From: Haplodiscus bocki
Taxonomy: Eukaryota
Length of the DNA stretch: 64,000 nucleotides
Reading direction: 5' to 3'
Assembly (NCBI GenBank): GCA_965655095.1
Contig: OZ296656.1
Location: forward strand, 12,710,001 to 12,774,000
The first letter of the stretch is position 1. Every line of letters starts with the position of its first letter. Positions 1 through 13,600 of the stretch are shown one piece after another. The notes under the pieces were generated by a model. The model was not told the DNA's origin. It did not search any database and saw only the letters and a program-made list of their open reading frames with translations. The position numbers were made by a program, and so were the translations under genes.

Positions 1-2150
1 AAATCGATTACCTTCCTCAAAGAACCTGCGAATGTTATTCTCGACAATATGCGTTTAGCGACTTTGGAAATACTCTCAAACACAAGCCAAAAAGATCTTT
101 TCAGCGAAACTTTGAGGCTAGAAATTGAAAATAAAACTCCAAAACAAGTTCGTTGATAACAGTATAACCCATGTTTAATTCCAGTAAAACAATTTACGTA
201 GTATTTACTTACCGTCCTATGTAAAGCTCGGAACTATTTTATTTCGCTGGCACAAGTCAAAATTGATGCAAATAACAAATTTAAAGTTTTCATATGCACG
301 CCGGAAAATAATAAAAGCAACCGCACTACAATATATCACAGTGCTCATTCCGAAAAACGCCCTTTGACAGGTGAGACTTCAAAGTTGTCGAAACTTCCTC
401 TCTATTTGAATATTGTCCAAATTCTTGCTGCTGTCAATAAGTTCGAGTCGTTCATCTCATAAATCTTCACCAGTAAACTTGAACTTTTTATTGATGTCCC
501 TTCAATCAAAATTTAACTATGTGCTACGCTCTCAAAAGAACTAACAATTTCTTTTTGCCCACTCACAAAAGAGCTTGAATGGTGTATGTATCCGGTCAGT
601 CTCACAATTTGAAAATGCATATTTAAGAGGTTTTTCCTCGTCATCAAACTCACGATTGTGCACGAACGACAAATTCATATCTGTACTCACATAGCAGTCA
701 GAGGACCAATAAACTTATGTATCAAACACATTCTGTTGGCGCTAGTCCACGCCATGACAAGTAGCATGACGATTAAGCCTCAAGATGAAAACCAAAAATT
801 TGTTTAGAGACACTGGAGCAAAGAAACATTAAAATTTTCAAACTTGTGTAAACTTGTTGAAATCATTGAACCGCAAGGAAATGATGACCCACTCACAGAC
901 TTAGGATATTTGGAGACTACTGACAGCAGACTTGAAACTTGGCCCACATATACCAGCACACATAAGGACCCTAACAATCATGGTAACAATCATGCATCGT
1001 AAATGCAACACCAATTACCTGTTATCAGTGAATTGACCACAATCGAATCGTATGTCGTGTAAATAGGAAACATACAACTTAGATATCGTGTACAACTTAT
1101 TTTGAGATCACGTATACACTCATGTATCGTATAAAACAAACGAGGAGCATAAAAAACTTAGATAAATCAATTGTAGACAGCAATTTTGAGCAATTTTTCA
1201 AGGTTCTCAGTCCTCGTTCTGTTGCGCCGATTCGAACATCGAAAACTGCCTTGCAAAAAAAGTCTCTCAACGGACCCTGAACTGGCAGGTTCAGATAGAA
1301 AGTGAAAAACCACAGTTCCAAATATTACTTAGAGCACCGCTTCTTTCGAACAAAAATATTGGATTATTGGAAGCAATCGAGTCAGCCTCCAGATCGAAAG
1401 GCTTTCCAAGATTTCTTGCTCCTTTGGTGACGACAGCAAAATCGCTGAGTTTGCTCCTTCTGGTCTCATTGGTATCGTTACTTGCACTTTAGACTTCGTC
1501 GTTATCTTGAAGTTCTTTATTGAAGTAGTTCAAAACCAAATCATATACGTTTAGCCTGGAAAACTGAAGAACATGTCATCATCTGGTTCACTGCAAAAAT
1601 CAACTTGACTCCTTGGTTCAAAACATTTGCGATAATCGTGATAAGAAAACCTTCTAGAATTTCGAACATTTTCTGGAGACTACTTGTGAAATGATCGTTA
1701 CTGCAATTGACAGCGGAAAAATCAATTCTAAAATGTTGAAGAGCAGTTTCAAGTTGCTGTATTGTGGGAATAAGTTTTGTCAACATGGGAGTTTTTTTCG
1801 GCTTGCGAAGTATCCTTCTCTGAAAAAACCAAAGTAACAGACTACGTCTTTGATAAATGCTGACTCCATTGATTTCAGAAACGAAAAAAGACGAATTATC
1901 ACAATCATTATGGCAGTTACCCAGAACATTGATCAAACTTCGATAGATGTACCAACACAGTCAGGCGTTTTGTTCCGTCGGCATCGCATATTTGACAGTT
2001 CTTTTTTCAGCCCTTCTTCTATTTTCTCTGATTTTTCGGAGATATTCTCGTAAGATAACATGGCGTCTGAGACGCCGGTTTTATAATTTTCATGAACGTC
2101 CGGAAATGTTCATACTCAACAATTGTAACTGGAAGCCCTTTTAGGGTGTA
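1..2150 (+). pseudogene. Heavily degraded Cys-containing ORF remnant ending in a transmembrane anchor; possibly the env-like gene of an LTR retroelement
   Basis: ORF 1947..2144 has a hydrophobic segment followed by a basic stop-transfer (VGIAYLTVLFSALLLFSLIF-RRYSRK). Upstream frames are broken by many stops. The family assignment is inference only. Confidence 0.3.
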
Positions 2151-4049
2151 AAAAAAGATACTGTTAGACAAAACTCCCTATGGAGTGCTCCCCATTACTT
2201 CTTGCTTCCCCGCAGACTTTACAAACCTTTACGATTTTTTCATCTTTGACAGGAAGAGTTGGAAGAACTTTGAATAATCCCATTCGCGGAGCCATAATTT
2301 TGAATGTAAATCAGGCTTAGTTAAAAGTGATATGTATGAACAATCCATTTATCAATTGGTTAATTTATGAAATTGCATTAAGTATGTTTTCTCTGTGACT
2401 TCAGCACTTCTGTCCGCATTTAAGGTCAGTTGTTCTAGATCAAAACTTGACTATATCCTTTTATCAAAAGTCGCCGTACGATTCCGCGTTTCTCTTCCAA
2501 TTTTAGAGGCTGCGACGAGTAAGCTTTTTTTCTGCATCCAATAAAATTCATGTGAATCATATCATATTTTCATTCTCGTATGATGTCGTTTTTCGCGTCT
2601 ATATTTGCCCGGTCGTGTAATCAATACCTATATCGTATTTTGTGTTTAATTCACTGCCTCTCACACGTATCAAATTTCGGGTCAATTGGTGCAAATATAA
2701 CAATCCTGAAATACACTAATGACAGTAGTTTCCTTAAAAAGCCAAGTCAACCTATGATACTGTCATAGTGTACACAATTTTCGAGGCTACAAAAAAACGT
2801 TGCACGAGTAATCATTTTTTTACTACCAGTAAAAATTTGACTTTAGATTTCTACATTAATAATGCATTACACTCAATTATCCACTACTCATAAATAATCA
2901 TTGTTCTTATATTTAATCAAAGAATGTGAACTAAACTTAGACCATAAATTTCAGGAACTGTAATAATTGCCTAGCTCTAGTTTAGTTGAGTGCAAATACG
3001 ATTTTATTCTCATCCACTTCTCAATCTCTTCGAATTTTCTGAACTTTTAGCACCGTTGGACAGTGTTCAACGCGGCTCTCTTCAGAACCTAGCGAACGGG
3101 AATGGCATCGCAAAACAAGGGCGATTTGATTGGAAGAACTGAAGTTTTATTTAGCAACAGTAGTTGAAGAAAATAAACTACTTTATTTTCCAATTGATAG
3201 AGAATTCTTCTACTTCCGCATGGAATGGTGACGGATTTATGGCCCATTTCATATATCATCCCACAAGAGCGCCACTGATAATTGAACAAGGTGAGGTCGA
3301 ATATTTACTTCAAACAGTACAAACAATGCAAGAAGGTTGACGATTTTTATGCTATTTTCGTTGAATGAAAAAATCCGCAAAATTGCGAAGGATAATCGTT
3401 TTTTGGAGCTGCTGTTCGGTTAATGTCAATTCACCAATAACTTAGTTCGCTGAAGAGTAGGTTGTCCAAGTCCTGCTACTATTGGTTGATGAAAAAAGTA
3501 GATCCCAAAGATGTAAAAATTTGAAAGAAGCCCGATAACTCGTTTCTCATACCCGGGTTCAAATAATCTCCAATTCCTACCGGGAGCAGCAATCCCCCCG
3601 TACTCAAAGACTGAGCAGTCGATCCTTGGTCCGGAACCCCGAAGGGTAGGATGGACAAGGACCGAACGAACAGAGAGCGCAAAAACTGGCGACTGAAGCT
3701 CCCGGTAGAAAAGAACAGAAAACTGAAAAAATAGGAAAAAAACAAAGACAAAAAGTAGATCGTTTTCAAGGGTAAATCAGCCGCAAAATTTAGGCAAAAA
3801 AGAAAGAAAACGAACCGCAAAGATGAGCTTAATTGCAGATGTTGTGAAGAAGTTCATGAGTCCTGAATACGGAGTGCTTCAAACAATTGATGTCGCTATT
3901 CTTCAAAAAAATGAGACGTGAAAAGCAAGCTGAGCAAAGGATGATGATTTTTCTCCAAAACATTATATAGCTTACCTACGCTATGAATAGGACTTGTTCA
4001 TCCCCATTTGTTTCAGCTAAAAGGTGACGCGTCTTTTCTTGAGATTTTT

Positions 4050-7000
4050 TCGGCATTGTTTGTATCCATCGAATTCCAATGGATGAGTTCAGAAAAAGCT
4101 ACTCAGGCAACGTTTCAGAAAGTTACTCAATTCCATCACATAAAGCTCCTGTGGCATTAGAACAAAAAATTCATCCAAGATTCTCGAAAAATGATCAAGT
4201 TTTTTTTTGCTGAAGATGAATGAATTTTTTTCTCGTTGTGAATGAAAGTTTTGTAAATCAGTCTTCGACGAAGTTCCATAGGTCAAAATTCCGTATGTAA
4301 TTATTCGTTCGATATATTGCATGTATATCCTCACCAACAATTTTGTGGATCTTACTTTTCGTATCCTATGAAATGTACTGCCAAATGTTTTCATTTTCAA
4401 ATGTCATGTGGCTTTTAAATGAGAATTTCTCATCATTATTAAGTCCCAGGTACTTTGTTTCATTTGATATTGAAACTTCCTTGTTAATCAGTACTAAGCG
4501 TGATTTATCTTTTCCGAAACAAATGCTGGTTGTCTTATCGATGTTTAGACTTACTTTGTTTTTTTTTCTACCAGCCATCCAATGTTTTTATATCTGTGTG
4601 TGCTGCTGCTTGTTTCGGGCCGCAAACTAGAGCCGTATCATACGCCATGTTGATTGTTTGTATTGAAAGCAAACGGTCAGTAATATGTTTTATATGAATC
4701 AGAAAAAGCAATGGGTCGAGAACAGATCTTTGAGGTACTCCAAAATCTATAAATGACAATCCTGAAAATGTTCTATATACTTCTGTGTATTGATATCGAC
4801 TCGATAGATTACTTTCCAAAAAATAAACACATTTACCCGCAGCTCATACTTGAGCAGCTTTTCCAGTTTTAGTGAATGATTTACTGTATCGAATGCTTTC
4901 CGAGAATCAAGCAACAAAGCAACCAATCTTTTATTATTATCCTTTGCCTCGAGAATTTCTTCACTGACGATTGATAGTGCATCGACTTTGCTTCTATTCA
5001 TCCGGAATCCGAACTGGTGATCATTCAAGATTTTGAGTTTTTCGAGAAAAGTATACACTTTTTGATCAGGGAGTTCTTCGAATACTTTGGAGATAGTGTT
5101 AATCAATGCTATTGGTCTGAAATTCCCTAGCACTTTTAAGCAACCAGACTTGTGTAGTGGTACAAGTCTAGTATATTTCATCTTTGAAGGAAAACACTTT
5201 TGATCAATTGTCGTTGAATAATTCTACCAGCAATAGTACAAGAGCAAACGAAACTTTTTTCAAGAAATAGTTCAGTATTTCTGAGTGATCGATTGATTTT
5301 TTTTGTAAACTGATTTATTGGGTTGTAAACCTGATTCACACTAATTTCCTCCTGAAAAATCGACTGAGAGATAATTTTACTTGGGTTCAGATTCACAGGA
5401 ATGTTACTTACATTAATGGCAAGACTTTTTGATGCAACAGAAAAACCATTAGCTTTATCGGTTTGTACTTCAAGCTGATTTTTTGTATCTTTATTGTTGA
5501 GATAGATTTGACTTAGTTTTAAAAAATTTCCATTCTGCAGGTTAGTTTCCATATGCTCAGTGTTGTAAACTTTTTGCTTTGTGTAATAAGGCCTTTTGCG
5601 TAGTTCTTCAGTTCTGTGAGCACCTTTCTTCTGTGTGCCCTGGGGTCTTCGAGGTATATGCTTCTTAGTCTATTTCTTTTTTGAATGATTTTAAGTTAAC
5701 TATAGAACACGATTCCTGTTTTGAACTGTGATTTTTGTGATCGGTGGACAGTATTTATCAATAGTATGAACAAGATAGTTAGTCAACTCGTCAAGATTCT
5801 GATCCAAAGAGAAACTATTGGGAGACTTTTTAAGAAAAATTTGTAGACAAAACACTTCTCCGCCTGAACTTTCGGGATTTTCAAGTTTTCGATAGTCCCC
5901 AATCTTAGCATGATGTTTTAATTAACCATGTACGATTACAACATAAACCATTTCGTGATCACTGACTGTGCTGGAAACTATTCCACTTTTCCTTATTTCG
6001 CAATTTGAGAAAACAACATCAAGACAGGAGCCTGACCTTTATGGTTCAACCTTGTAGTGGCTTCCGCAGTTTTCAAGGTCACATCAGAACAAGCTAAAAA
6101 GTTTTCCACATTTTGACTCATAAAATTTGCTTTCAAGAAGTCAATGATCAGCTCATCACAAACAAAATGATTGGTAATTCCTACCAGTAAAGGATCAGTT
6201 AAACACTCTTCAAGTTCATTTTGAAATGTACTCTTATTCCTTCCATTGGCGTATACGGTTGATACAAAAAAAGTAGGGCCGTTGATTCTTTCAACTTTGA
6301 TGGTTATAAATTTTGAGACGCTGGTTGTTTTTTTCAGTACAAGTTTCACATCAAAGTCATCTCTCACACAAACTCTTATACCTCCGCCTCTTCCATGTCG
6401 ATTACAGCAAACTATATCCCGATACTTACGTAGTTTCTGAAGGAAACAGGATGTTTTTGTCATTCAACCAAGTTTCGGATAAGGCTATCGCTATCGGTGA
6501 TCGACTCAGACCTTCTATTCCGGCTTTGAATACTTCAAAACTTCTTAGTAACGACCAACAATTCAAATGAATTAAAGCCCTCGACCAACATATCGTTTCA
6601 TAATCTATGTTGAAAAGGAAATAATTTCAAGTAGCCTCATCATCAGCGCAGGCGTTTATTTTTCATTTTTGAATTTCTTTGGATCAGAAGTTGATAAGAT
6701 GTTTATTAGCAGCACCGTTGCCTCAATGAGGTGTTTGTACTTCATAATAATTCGATTCGGGGCCTCTATTGTTCCAAGTTTTCCTACATGGGGGTTCAGT
6801 GGGGTTGTTTATCCTGCTTCCTGCTCTATTTTCTAAAATCATTGCTCCTTCGGATATGCTGCTGTCTTGCTTGCTTCTTTGCCACTTCGAGTTTCTTCAG
6901 GTCAATTTGTTTGCAGACTTTTCGACTTCCTTGATTCACCAACACTTGACAGTTGTAGTGATGAGATTCATATTGCAGGAGCTTTTTTGATCCCAGCATG

Positions 7001-7210
7001 ATGATACGGGAGTCTTTCTGGGATGAAGACCGGTTCCTCATTTAGCGGAAGTTGATATTCAGATAAAGTTTTGCGTAGACTGTATAGTGTCTTTCGCACT
7101 AAAGTGAACAAATTTCTGTATCATTGCTGGTGGTGCTCTTTCATCCTGTTACTTTTTCAGTAAATGGCATGCTTTCAGGGATTTTTCGTCGATTCCACAA
7201 ATAAAAAATA
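4050..7210 (-). mobile_element. Degenerate non-LTR retrotransposon (LINE, CR1/L2/Jockey-group-like): ORF1 remnant, APE endonuclease and reverse transcriptase
   Basis: Minus-strand fragments occur in the expected order. ORF1-like KACHLL..APPAMIQKFVHF (~7100-7200); APE motifs IALSETWLN, RHGRGGGIRVCV, VSTVY (5993-6570); RT motifs PLHKSG..NFRPIALINTISKVFE, HQFGFR, LLDSRKAFDTVNH, GVPQRSVLDPLLFLI, AYDT (degenerate YADD), KYLG (4089-5181). Many frameshifts. Confidence 0.88.
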
Positions 7211-7639
7211 AAACTTGCCACAAACTTGAAAGTGAGCTAAACCTGATACGCTGGGGTTCCTTATCAGCTGGAGGGTTAAATTTAGCGGAAGAGGGGTCTA
7301 GTATCGTTTCGTTTGATAGTAAAAGGGCGGTTAAATAAAAGAAGGGGGAGGGAGTTCAAAAATGAAAAACTGTGAAATTTTTTTCATTCTTTTCAGCTCA
7401 CAAAAACTTGAAAATCTATAGTATGAAGAATGTGTTTCTTCAAACAGTAAAAGTTTGTGAAAACTCCACCTGCACATATTTGAATTTCTCAAGAAAAAGA
7501 AGTGTTCAAACTTTCAGCGATACACTCCCGAATATTCACTTTTAAAATAAGGTGGGAGTTAAATTAGCGGCGGGTTGGTAATTTTAGGTCTAGAACATTA
7601 CGCGGGGGCATCTGCTAATTAGCAAGTGACAAATGTGAA

Positions 7640-8230
7640 ATATTGGCAAGCTGTTTCAGACTCCGGAGTCATTCAGATTTCATCGAGACGATTGAATATG
7701 TCGAGTCCTTTGGCTTCCTCGGAGCTGGAATATCAAGTAACGGCACCAACGGTACAGAAATTTGGAAGATTGAGAAAAGCTGGTCAACTCTGAAGCAACT
7801 GATCTATGGCAGACAAAGATCAGCAGAAACGTGCAAGTACAACTTTTCAATTCCGCTGTGATGTGTAGCTCTTGAAGTTTAATTCACGGAGAGAGTGAGA
7901 ATTTAAACACTTGCTGAATTGGAATGATCAAACGCCTGTAGCGGACGATATCGAGAACAAGACTTGAAGTATTTCAACACATTTCGAGAATACCAGATTA
8001 CCCCAACCACAACCTCCCCAATGATTCTTGACCCATTCAACATCACGTTGGGAAAGACTGGCCACTAACGAAGCTCACATTTGAACGGCTCCTGAGACAG
8101 ACAATTGAAATAATTCTTTAGAGTCTGCTAATAAAAGTAACGAGGCAAACATTGAAATTTGGGAGAGATACTTTCTTGGAGGGACATACTGAACAAGACC
8201 AAAACTCATTAGCGCAACGAAAATTTGAGA
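7640..8230 (+). mobile_element. LINE RT C-terminal fragment (RTE-like)
   Basis: IEYVESFGFLGAGISSNG..EIWKIEKSWSTLK resembles the IEVVDxFxYLGSxIS..EIxxRIxKA motif at the RT C-terminus of RTE-clade elements; degraded. Confidence 0.55.
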
Positions 8231-8727
8231 AAAATCATTCAACGAAAAAAAAAGGTGTCATTTGCCAGAGCAGAAAAACATATAACTGCAAACTTCGTTC
8301 AATTTGTTGCAACTACGAGTAAAATGAAGGCAAGGACAGGGTTAACAACGATGTGAAGTTAAAATTGAGAACTAACTTCAATTTCACTTTCAAAAAACGT
8401 AAATTCTTGATGAAAGGAAGCGGAAAGTTTGGTTCCTACACTTTTTCCGACGAATCCTTAGAACTGTTTTTCATGACCGCGTTTTCCGATGCAAAATCGG
8501 AGTTTCAATAATAAAATAAAATATTGCTGTACTATTAAAAAAGTAATAAGATTCAAAGCGGCAGACCCCAGTTTTTTCTGACTGCTCTGAAGAATCTGGC
8601 GTCACCACTGTTTGTTGTGCCCACTCATCAAACTTCTCTGGTTGTTTCAAGTAGCGTTACTCTTTTTCAGTTTAACGTTTTACTTTTGCTGGTTTTGCGT
8701 ATTCTTACTTTACTTCCACTCCACAAA

Positions 8728-10165
8728 ATGCCGTTTCGAGTCCGCTAAAAAGCATTGGCCTATCATAAATTTTTGAAGATTCATACTGAACAAACACCGA
8801 TCTCCTGGCATTTTGCGATTTATGCACAAAAACTTTCAAATGCCAAAAATCCAACCACGTGGAGGATCATATGAACGGCAATAAACACAAGGGAAATGCC
8901 GAATTTAAAAAAACCGCGCCAACAACAGCTTGTTACCAAAATTAGCGGACACGCTGAACTAGTTTCAATTATGAATTCGTGGAGATTTGGATCGGAACTG
9001 GTTTCCCTATTTCCGCACTTAAAAACAAAAAATTGACAAAATTCTTGGAACAAAATTTCAAGAGCGTTTTACCTAGTTACACAACCCTTGCGCAAAATTA
9101 TGCAGAGGACGTACATTCCAAGAATATAGAAGCACTTAAATTGAAGTTATCTCGAATGGAGAATTGCTGTATTATTTTCAATAAAGCGGCTTTTCATGGG
9201 GAAAAGTTCTTTATACTCCTGATTTCAGAACTTTCGAACGAGGGACCCCAAAAACCTTATTTACTGAATTCCTCTATAGGGCTTTTATGCCCAACCGCAA
9301 CGATTGTTCACCAAAAAGTTGTGGCAGCTTTATCCAATCAAAAGATCTTGGGAAAATTTGATAGTTTCAAGGTATTTTTAACTGATGGGGCCGCTTACAA
9401 TATTTTGGCCGGAAAACAGCTAAAAGCTATGTACTCAAAAATGGTACATATCACAAGTATCAGTCATATGCTTGCCCTGTTGCCACTGTCATCCTGGAGC
9501 AAAAATCGAAAACGAAGATTCGGTCTCTGATGAAGGCGTTCATCAAAATTTTCAAGAGTTCGACCAACGTGAACAAATGGAAGAAATTTGATGGAAGAAA
9601 ACGACAAGCACATACCATGCCGTGTGATACACGCTGGCGAAACTGGCTCTCTTGCGTCGCATTTCTTACCCAAAATTTCAAACCTTTACTTGCGTTTTTG
9701 AAAACATTAGAACAAGGGGCTTACGTTGAAAAGGCAGTTAATTTGATGGGGGACAGCGCTTTTATCACAGAAATGGGGCTTATTTATTCTTTGGAATTTG
9801 TGGAAAAAGCTATTACTTTATCCGAGGCCTCCGATTTTTCAGTCTCAAAAGATTCTGTTCCAGTTAGTTTATTCCAGCTTGAAAGATACGGCTGAAACTG
9901 GAAAGCCTATTGCCGACAGAGCCCTTCGAAATTTGATAGACGTTCATGAAAAAAATGCTGGTCTCAAACAAGCACTTCTCACTTCCGGCGGTACGGGCGC
10001 GGAGGAACCTATGCTAGTATCAATTTTCAAAAATGCCCCGTGTTCTTCGGTCGATATGCAGATTTTGCTCCGTGCTGAAGCACTTCAAGATCAACAGACC
10101 CATTATTTTGCCTGAAACTGCAAAAATTGACGTTCATTAAATATAACGCACATATTTTAGTGTAA
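8728..10165 (+). pseudogene. Frameshifted hAT-superfamily transposase, CGGBP1-like type
   Basis: N-terminal C2H2/BED-like finger FCDLCTKTFKCQKSNHVEDHMNGNKH (~8810-8890); DDE-domain motifs FLTDGAAYN, HITSISHML (degenerate CxxH), PCDTRWRNWL and C-terminal APCSSVD. Split over ORFs 8979-9530, 9530-9895 and 9798-10115. TIRs not found. Confidence 0.8.
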
Positions 10166-10699
10166 TTGACGTTTTGGCCGAAAAATTACCTTCCTAATCG
10201 CTAGCTCTCAGGAAAACCTTGGTTGAAAACGAAAAATCAATACTGAGAAAATACTTTCTAATTTGGGGATTTTTCGAGAATTTTGCAGTAGAGAAAGAGA
10301 GTATGCTATCATTGAAATCCTCCAAAAAAAAAACGTTGGCTATATATAGTGTTCCACAGAGACCAATCAATAAAAAGATTTCGGAGAAGTCCTGGTTGAA
10401 TTAAATTGGATGGGTTTTTGAAAAAACTCATTTGGTAACTTGCCTAGATTCAACATCAATTACATCTAGAGCAAACTTTGGACAATGATTTCGAGAAAAT
10501 TATAAATGGGACCAAAAAACTCCACCAATTCAAACCATCTACCTCTAGTGTGCTTCCAATTAAACAGGAGACCACGGAATTAAAAGCGTAGCTTAGGAAC
10601 TAAATCAAATCACTATCAGCGTTTTTAGTCCCAACAGGCAGTAATATTTCAAATGAAAAGGCAAAATATGTTCCACTTTTGGATCGCTGTCTCCAGATT

Positions 10700-13600
10700 A
10701 GTGCCTTCAATGAGAACGTCGGATCAAAACTTTTTCAGGGAAGCAATTCTCTGACTTTTAGTAGTACTAAGAAAAACTGCTACTTCATATACTTCCAGAA
10801 CACAACTTCGGAAATTACTTTCTTGGATTATCGGAAAAACTTATCGAGAAGGAAATGAACACACCATCAAAAAAACTTACTCTATTTTCAAAAAACGGGC
10901 TTGATGCCAAAAAGAATGGTGATCATTAAAACAAATACGCCCTATGACAAAACCATATTGATTTGTAAAATAGATTACGCCAATTAAAGGTACTTCCACG
11001 CATTCAGACATTTACCCGCCGAAATTCGTGCGCCAAGCAAACAGCGCCCAAACGCAAAGTGGAAGCTATCGTGCAATTTCATAGTTGTTTATTGTCGGAG
11101 AAAAGAACCACCATATCTGTTTTCATGGAAATTGCTTTCGCAAAAGCAACACAGAGGTGAAGAGGAAGCCGTTAAGCATTCAACCCAGAAGGATCCAAAT
11201 GTTTGAAAGCTTGAAACTTTACAGCAGGTTACAGAAGAACAATAAATTGTCTTACTATCACAGAAGCTTGTCAATACTTTTCCAGCAAACCGGGATTTTG
11301 ATAGAGAATTTGAAAACGTAGGCACTAGGGAGTGTAGTTCCACGCTCGCCAGAGAAACTCTTGAGCAGTGCAAGAAAATCGCCGTTTTTTGAAAACTTCG
11401 GAAGATCAAGGATTGGGTATCAATCTAAAATGTTGATTTCAACAAAGTATCTTGAAAATACAACGATTACGTTTTTCATTTCGTGAAAACCTCAAAAACA
11501 TTAGCCTTACCGCAACGAAGTAAACGTATGTGATAAATAGCAGTCTTCTTCTCCCTGACTCTGGAAAAGAATGATTTTTCTCAGACACTTCATTCAGGAT
11601 GAGGGATTACAAAATGACTCTTCATTAGTGAAAAAAACATCGATTGGCAGTGTTATTTTTACTGAGAAAGAAGCCGAAACAATATAGCAGCAATTGATTC
11701 ATTGAGCCTCGTTGATATTTCTATACGAAATAAAGTTGATTTTCAGATTTACGACCGATGCTTTATGAGAAAAAAATGACAAAACACTTGAACTAATCAA
11801 TTTTCAATTTCTTTCACCAAGCAACAAATCAAAAACCTCAATTGCAGCAAACAAACTTCAGCATACGAAAGACTGTGGTCATTTTCCATAGATCTGGAAG
11901 AGATTCTATAAATTCGTACGCATCATCGAAGATAAAGGATTGAAATTTGGCAAAATATCTTCGAAAAACCGAAAAACATTATCAGGTTTTCTCTCGCCAA
12001 AAACCCAATTCAACATTTTTCTGGCTCCATTGGAAAGCCACCTGAAAAGCTACTCTAGTTCCCTAGTTGAATTTCATGCCAATAATGGTCATTTTCAGAC
12101 TTAAATTCCCGAATATAGCTCTAAAATAGCAGAAAAAAAATTCTGAAGCCCCATTTTAAGGTTTCTTTCAAAAACGCAGAGGCCTAAACGTTTTTGCATA
12201 CGACCGAATTGACTTTTCATTAGACAACTAACAGCTCAGCAACAACTTTTAACTAAGGTCTGATATCAATAAATGAACAAAAAGAATAGTAATTTCAATT
12301 GAACAATACTATGAAATAGAATAATCCAACTCGAAAACGGATATCGGTTAAATCAAGGTACGCACAATATGAGAAAGCCCCAAAAGAAAAAAAATTGAAA
12401 CGATAGTTGCGTAAAATACGTTCCAGAAATCGAGCAATCTCGACAGTTTGTCGCATTAAAAGATTCGGATAAAAATTCAGTGCAAGTGAAACCAATTTGC
12501 AAAAATGCTTGAATTACAGCTAACAACAGAAGAAACTTCCGATTGAGTTCGCAAAAAAATCGATCGGTAGTTCAAGAAATACCTTTTTTGAATAGTGACG
12601 ACGACAGTTTATGCCTGGGTGATGAGAAGCCCCAATGCGAAAAGTCCCAAAAATTGACAACCTATGCCTTTGAAGCAGCGCTTCCGTGATCAATTTCAGA
12701 AAATGAAAGGAGACCTCCAACAGGATCCACTTGAGTCAACCTAGATAAAGAGCCGTGGACTATGCTTTAGACTGAAGAAGTTGAAAGAGTAGCCAGGGAG
12801 AACCATTCTGAAATCGACAGAAAATGCTTTCCAAGCGATGTTTGGACCGTCGAAAAACACCCTGAATGAAAAAAGCGCCACTTTGGAGAGAGGAATTGAG
12901 CCGGTACTTTCAGCGTAGAAGCATCTGAAGAATTGACTGAAATCGAAATCATATGCATGTGTAGCAAAATTTGGAACATAACTTTGAGAAAATAGAAAAA
13001 TAATGCAGAACTAATCACACTGAATTCAAATCTTTCGGCGCGTCGACTAACATTTGAGTGAAACGAATTGAGCGGGTACTTTGAGAAAAACATCATTCGT
13101 GAAATTGACTGAAATTGATATCATGCACAAGAGAAGAAATGTTGGGATCATCACTTCTACAATACACATCAAAACATCGATAATATTCTCAACGTAAACC
13201 AACTCACATCCGAAAAACTGTTGATTGAGTCACAAAAAAGAAGCATTGGGTCAAAAGTTTGGGAGAAAAAGCATTCGAAAAACTGACTAAAATCGGCATC
13301 ATATGCATTCAGGAGACTACTGGCATCATAAATTTTGGAATAAGGAGAAAATCTGGTACAGAAATTTCAGTTAATTCCATCAACTGCCTTAGATTAAAGG
13401 AATTGAGCCATTAGTTTGAGAAAAAGCATTGCAAAAAAACATCAGATGCAATTGAAGCAATGTTTGGACCACTTCCAGGAAACAAAACAAAATCTGAGAA
13501 AAGTGTTCGACCCATACAACCTAGACACAAAAAGGATTTCGATGAAACCAACAGCCATTTGTTTACAAAAGGATCGCCTTCAAATTGGTCTCACAGCGTT

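Noticed and set aside
10185-10215. Right TIR of the hAT element
   Set aside because: No inverted counterpart or 8-bp TSD found upstream of the transposase.
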